Shown piece after piece: positions 58,955 through 64,000 of a stretch of DNA of 64,000 bases. The stretch spans positions 25,420,001 to 25,484,000 of the forward strand of contig OZ024754.1 in assembly GCA_964016885.1 (NCBI GenBank), read 5' to 3'. Every line of letters begins with the position of its first letter. Position 1 is the first letter of the stretch. A program made the translations under genes and the position numbers. The stretch is from Eledone cirrhosa. Its lineage: Eukaryota. The notes under the pieces are model-generated. The model was not told where the DNA came from. It did no database searches and was given only the letters and a program-made list of their open reading frames with translations.

Positions 58955-59855
58955 GCAGAAAAGAACAACAGGGCAGAAAAGAACAACATGTTACTGAACG
59001 AAGACAAATTCGAACTGATCCACTTTGGAAAAGAGGATGCTCTGAAACTCCCGTACTCCCTTCCCTCCGGGGAAACTCTCGTGGCATCTAACAACATCAG
59101 AGACTTGGGAGTAACCGTGGACAGCAACATAAGCTGGACCACGCATATAAGCAGCAAAGTTGACATGGCCCGCAGAATGTGTTCCTGGATCCTCAGAACC
59201 TTCCAGTCGAGAGATTCCCGCACCATTATCCTTCTCTTCTCTACTTTCGCCCGACCACACCTTGAATACTGTTGTCCACTGTGGTCTCCCCACACGAAAC
59301 AAAGTATCATGAAACTTGAAGCTCCTCAAAGGGCAATCACGAAAAAGATAGATGGCATGTCAGACCTTGACTACTGGGGTCGATTGGAAAACCTGAAACT
59401 TTACTCACTCCAACGTCGCCGTGAGCGTTATATTATCTGCACGATGTGGAAAATGTTCCATCATCACTGCCCAAATGATGTTGGCATCGCCTTCAAGATA
59501 CACCCAAGGCTTGGGCCCCGTGCTATCCGTCCCATTCAAAAATCTAAATCGCAACTCATAACAACAATACGGCACAATTATTTCACCTCAATCGGCCCTG
59601 CTCTCTTCAACATCACACCAGGACACGTCAAAACAGAAACTGACCACACAAAATTCAAGAAGTCTTTGGACAAATTCCTCCAAGTAATCCCGGACAAACC
59701 ACCCACACCCGGATATGTCTCCGCAAACAGTAATTCTCTTCTCGAATGGGCCATGGTGCCCAAATCCTGAATTGAAAGACTTCGCCAGGTGGTGCTATTA
59801 AGTTAGACATGGCCTGGGCCAATACTGGCCAAAACATTTCAAAGTTATTCAAAGT

Positions 59856-59857
<2 letters not shown>
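58955..59857 (+). mobile_element. 5'-truncated CR1-like LINE (RT C-terminus 58988-59770 plus short 3' UTR)
   Basis: RDLGVTVDSNISW, RPHLEYCCPLWSPH and LYSLQRRRERY motifs. The tail is TTCAAAGTTA x2 followed by (TA)n. Confidence 0.88.
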
Positions 59858-59886
<29 letters not shown>

Positions 59887-59956
59887 ATACACATATATAC
59901 ATACATACACACACCTGCCCACACAATCATATACATATATATATACATATATACAC

Positions 59957-60003
<47 letters not shown>

Positions 60004-60022
60004 TACACACATATATATACAC

Positions 60023-60056
<34 letters not shown>

Positions 60057-60060
60057 GCAC

Positions 60061-60091
<31 letters not shown>

Positions 60092-60122
60092 TACATATAC
60101 ATATATACAAATGCACACATAT

Positions 60123-60165
<43 letters not shown>

Positions 60166-60230
60166 TACATACACACACACATACATACATATACATGCAT
60201 ACACATATACATATATATATATATATATAT

Positions 60231-60273
<43 letters not shown>

Positions 60274-60406
60274 TACATATACACATATATATACACACAT
60301 ATACACACACATACATACATACACACATACACATACATATACATAAACATACACACACACATACACACGTATACATACATACATACATACATACATACAC
60401 ATACAT

Positions 60407-60448
<42 letters not shown>

Positions 60449-60587
60449 ACATATACACACATACATACATATACACAAACACATACATACATATACATAC
60501 ATAAATATACACACATAAAACACATATACACACAAACATATATATATACACACATATATATATATACATAAATATACATATACATAC

Positions 60588-60656
<69 letters not shown>

Positions 60657-60788
60657 CATATATATATATATATACACATATACATATACACATACATACA
60701 CATATACATACATACATACATATACACAAACACATGCATACATATACCTACATAAATATACACACATAAAACACATATACACACAAAC

Positions 60789-60865
<77 letters not shown>

Positions 60866-61083
60866 TACACATATACACATATACAAACAAATATATACAC
60901 AAACAAGTAAATAGGTACTCAATAAATATACGCATATACACAGGCACATAAAGACACCTCTACAGGCAGAAAATGTAGATACGAAAGAGGTACTCACATG
61001 ACCATAGTGGCCGTATTTCAGGTTGAGGAGGGGTGGGGGTAGGGTGGGGAGGAGGTAAAGGGGCCAATAGGGGGAGGTCGTTT

Positions 61084-61435
61084 TTAGCCATCGGGCTTTA
61101 ACACTGGCTTAAAGTGTTTGAATGTTGCAAAGTTCTTGTGCATGCAGTTCGGGCAGTGTTCAGAGAGTTTGTTCAGTAGCGGGCCCTTGGCGAATAAAAT
61201 TTCGTAGCTCTCTGAAATACAAAGGTCGCAGCCCTTGTGTCCTCCGTTGTAAGAGCGCGCTTTCTGGAGTATTTTCCAATTAAGCGTGAAGGGGGTGGAG
61301 TTCCTTTTGAGGTCCCAAACGTAGGAGGCGAGTGTTGTTTGATTTGATTTATCCGGTCTTCTGAAGGAGTGGGTATGAGCATACCAGCGGGTCTTAAAGG
61401 TGTTGGAGGTCATGCCGATGTAAGTTTTTTTGATC
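61084..61435 (-). pseudogene. GIY-YIG endonuclease C-terminal fragment (family J)
   Basis: KTYIGMTSNTFKTRWYAH...CDLCISE...LLNKLSE. Confidence 0.88.
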
Positions 61436-61609
61436 TGCCTTTGTTACTCTAAAAACATAAATAAATATAAATAAAAATAAAAATTAACTATAGCTTTGTA
61501 GAATTAGCTTTTAATGAATTCCCTTTTCTATCAACCAATGACCTGCACTCATCCCACTCCCCACCCTCTCCTAGAGACCTATAAATACCATATTTATTTT
61601 TTGATACCC

Positions 61610-61660
61610 AGATTCCTGATGATTTCTAATGAATGAAACAGTTCTAGTCCTGTAGAATCT
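61610..61660 (+). ncRNA. Hammerhead ribozyme (family J), inverted pLTR
   Basis: AGATTC CTGATGA T-TTC-TAAT-GAA-T GAAA CAG...CTGTA GAATCT. Confidence 0.85.
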
Positions 61661-61672
61661 CATCTATATTAA

Positions 61673-61851
<179 letters not shown>

Positions 61852-61865
61852 TATATATATATGTA

Positions 61866-61896
<31 letters not shown>

Positions 61897-61901
<5 letters not shown>

Positions 61902-62008
61902 AACAAGTAAGACCCTGACAGGTGAGCTCAGGCCGTTTCGACGGCTAATTCCAGAATTAGCCGTCGAAACGGCCTGAGCTCAGCCGTCGGGGCCTTACTT
62001 GCTCCTAT
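61897..62008. repeat. ~55-bp-arm hairpin built from the 3' half of a hammerhead
   Basis: Centre GACGGCTAATTC-CA-GAATTAGCCGTC, then GAAACGGC-CTGAGCTCAG-CCGTC. The left arm is the inverted copy. Confidence 0.8.
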
Positions 62009-62160
62009 TACCCACTCTACTACCCTAAGTATTGAGTACTTTGGTGCGTTATGCTCCACCTGGTTCCTTACCACATTTCCTTCGTTATATATATATATAT
62101 ACTCTTTTACTCAAGAGATCGAGGCACCATGTTGACACTATGGAGGGCATTTGTATATAC

Positions 62161-62207
<47 letters not shown>

Positions 62208-62214
62208 TATATAC

Positions 62215-62379
<165 letters not shown>

Positions 62380-62388
62380 TACACACAC

Positions 62389-62434
<46 letters not shown>

Positions 62435-62439
62435 ATACA

Positions 62440-62760
62440 TATATAATATATAAAATCAAAAGATGATTAAATGAATTCCATGTATTTTATTATGTGCATT
62501 TCAAAAACAAATATCATCATGCAATAACATTTGTGTTTTCATCAGATAAAATAGGAGGACATGATATGAAGGTTAAAAACACTTGTGGATAGTGCAGTTT
62601 TAAATCAACACATGAAAAGTAGTTTTAGATTGATGTGTGATATTGGTGAAAAAATATATATATCTTATATATTATGTATACTCCAGTTCTACAAACTGTA
62701 GAGTGCTTCTTATCCGATATCTGCATTGCTTTATTGTACTACAATAAAACTCACCTCCTA
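62440..62760 (-). mobile_element. ~320-bp non-coding HHR element (family I; HHR at 62483-62553)
   Basis: Reverse complement of 56092-56250 plus ~165 bp of internal sequence, flanked by (TA)n. Confidence 0.8.
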
Positions 62761-62782
62761 CATATATACATATATATATATA

Positions 62783-64000
62783 TAGTATTAAGGATACTAT
62801 TTATGGTTATGTATGTAATAAAACCGTTTATGGTTATATATTTTTTATACAAACCCTAAATAGTGAAAAATAGTCATTAATTACTATCTTATTACCAGTA
62901 AGATAAATAGCTCAATGTAATAACATCGGTTGTTTTACAGAGCAGTTATATAGAGATTACAATATTCAAAGTTCTTTTTAAATCATTTATTTGCTTACAA
63001 TTGTTTCCTCCAAACCGAGGTTTGGATTCTTCGGAGCAATTATTTAGTGATCTATAACATACTTGACCTCCTTTTCAACACAAGAGACATATAAAAACAT
63101 ATGCACATATTGATCCACAGTGAGATGACATCCATCAAAATGATATAGCATGGCAATTTACATATAAAGGTTGAAGGATAAAGATAAAAATAAAAATAAA
63201 AATGAAGCATTGGCAGTCTATGAAGATAAAGCAAGAGGAAAGTTTAGAGTAGTCAGTGTATGAAACAATCTCATGTGTAGCATGCACGCGTGTCTTATTA
63301 ATACAGGATTAGAGTGCGTCAGAATGTTACTTGCAGGGTCAGGCAGTTGAAGCAGGCAATCGATATTATTATGTGGGCTGAATTATTAAATCATTTTTTC
63401 GCATACACCTGTATGATATACAGTCCCGAATGTGGAGAAACACCAACATATCAAAAATCTCAAACATATTATAAAACATATTATATCGTAGGCAAAACAG
63501 TACCACTGTCTTCGCGCACAGCACCACTCACATAATCCATGAGACGCAATATATAGACCACGGGTCTATCATATAATTCACGATGGTTCGGCATATAACC
63601 AAGTTATAAACCGTATCTTGTCGATTCTTAATTAATAGATCATGTTGTTTAGTTTTGTGTGATGATATTATATTCCGGAAGTGTGTGTATGACCAAAGGG
63701 AATTAATGCGTAGGGGGAGGTAACTAGCTGGTTTACTTAGTTAAATTTATTATCCTAAATTACATTAATGGTGTTTCAAATAAATGCCTATCATATGCTG
63801 TTATAACTAATTTCTAGATTATGTTACTTATCTATAGGTTACAGTGTTGTCTATTAAGAAGTACTAAAGGTGTATATATCAGGATGATTACCTTCTATTA
63901 AGGGGTGTCATGTCTGAACATTCTATAAGAAGAGTCAGACCCCCAAATCAATGTTCTTTGTAAGTGTAATTCCTCCCGCAGGACCTTGCATGGTCCTATT
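62783..64000 (-). mobile_element. Diverged family-B-like PLE 3' region (HHR at 62991-63039); runs off the right window edge
   Basis: Same CCGAAGA/TCCAAACCTCGGTTTGGA hammerhead as 32193. Patchy similarity to 31500-32400, e.g. CACACACTTCCGG and CCCC..CGCATTAA.TCCC. Confidence 0.75.

Overview
AT-rich, (TA)n-saturated animal DNA with no host gene. A SINE fragment recalled from cephalopods suggests octopus, but this is not verified. Bases 1-22880 are a tandem array of about 44 monomers (~445-680 bp). Each monomer carries a minimal type I hammerhead ribozyme (HHR) motif on the minus strand, most with an octamer motif upstream, and the array shows a ~4.7 kb 9-monomer higher-order repeat. It is a retrozyme-like ribozyme satellite. 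Bases 23-64 kb are a nest of Penelope-like retroelements (PLEs) inserted into (TA)n tracts: about six Naiad-type families (RT + CxCx5C + GIY-YIG), one Neptune/Nematis-type element, solo or fold-back pLTR fragments, a CR1-like LINE 3' end and a SINE fragment. About 20 further HHR motifs from about 12 families were read by eye, including one with a ~115-nt stem II. The Neptune-type element has a coiled-coil-like ORF1 overlapping the RT frame at an in-register T TTT TTA heptamer, a candidate programmed -1 frameshift. Nearly all [10 protein letters not shown] ORFs in the track are microsatellite artefacts. All folds and counts were done by eye.
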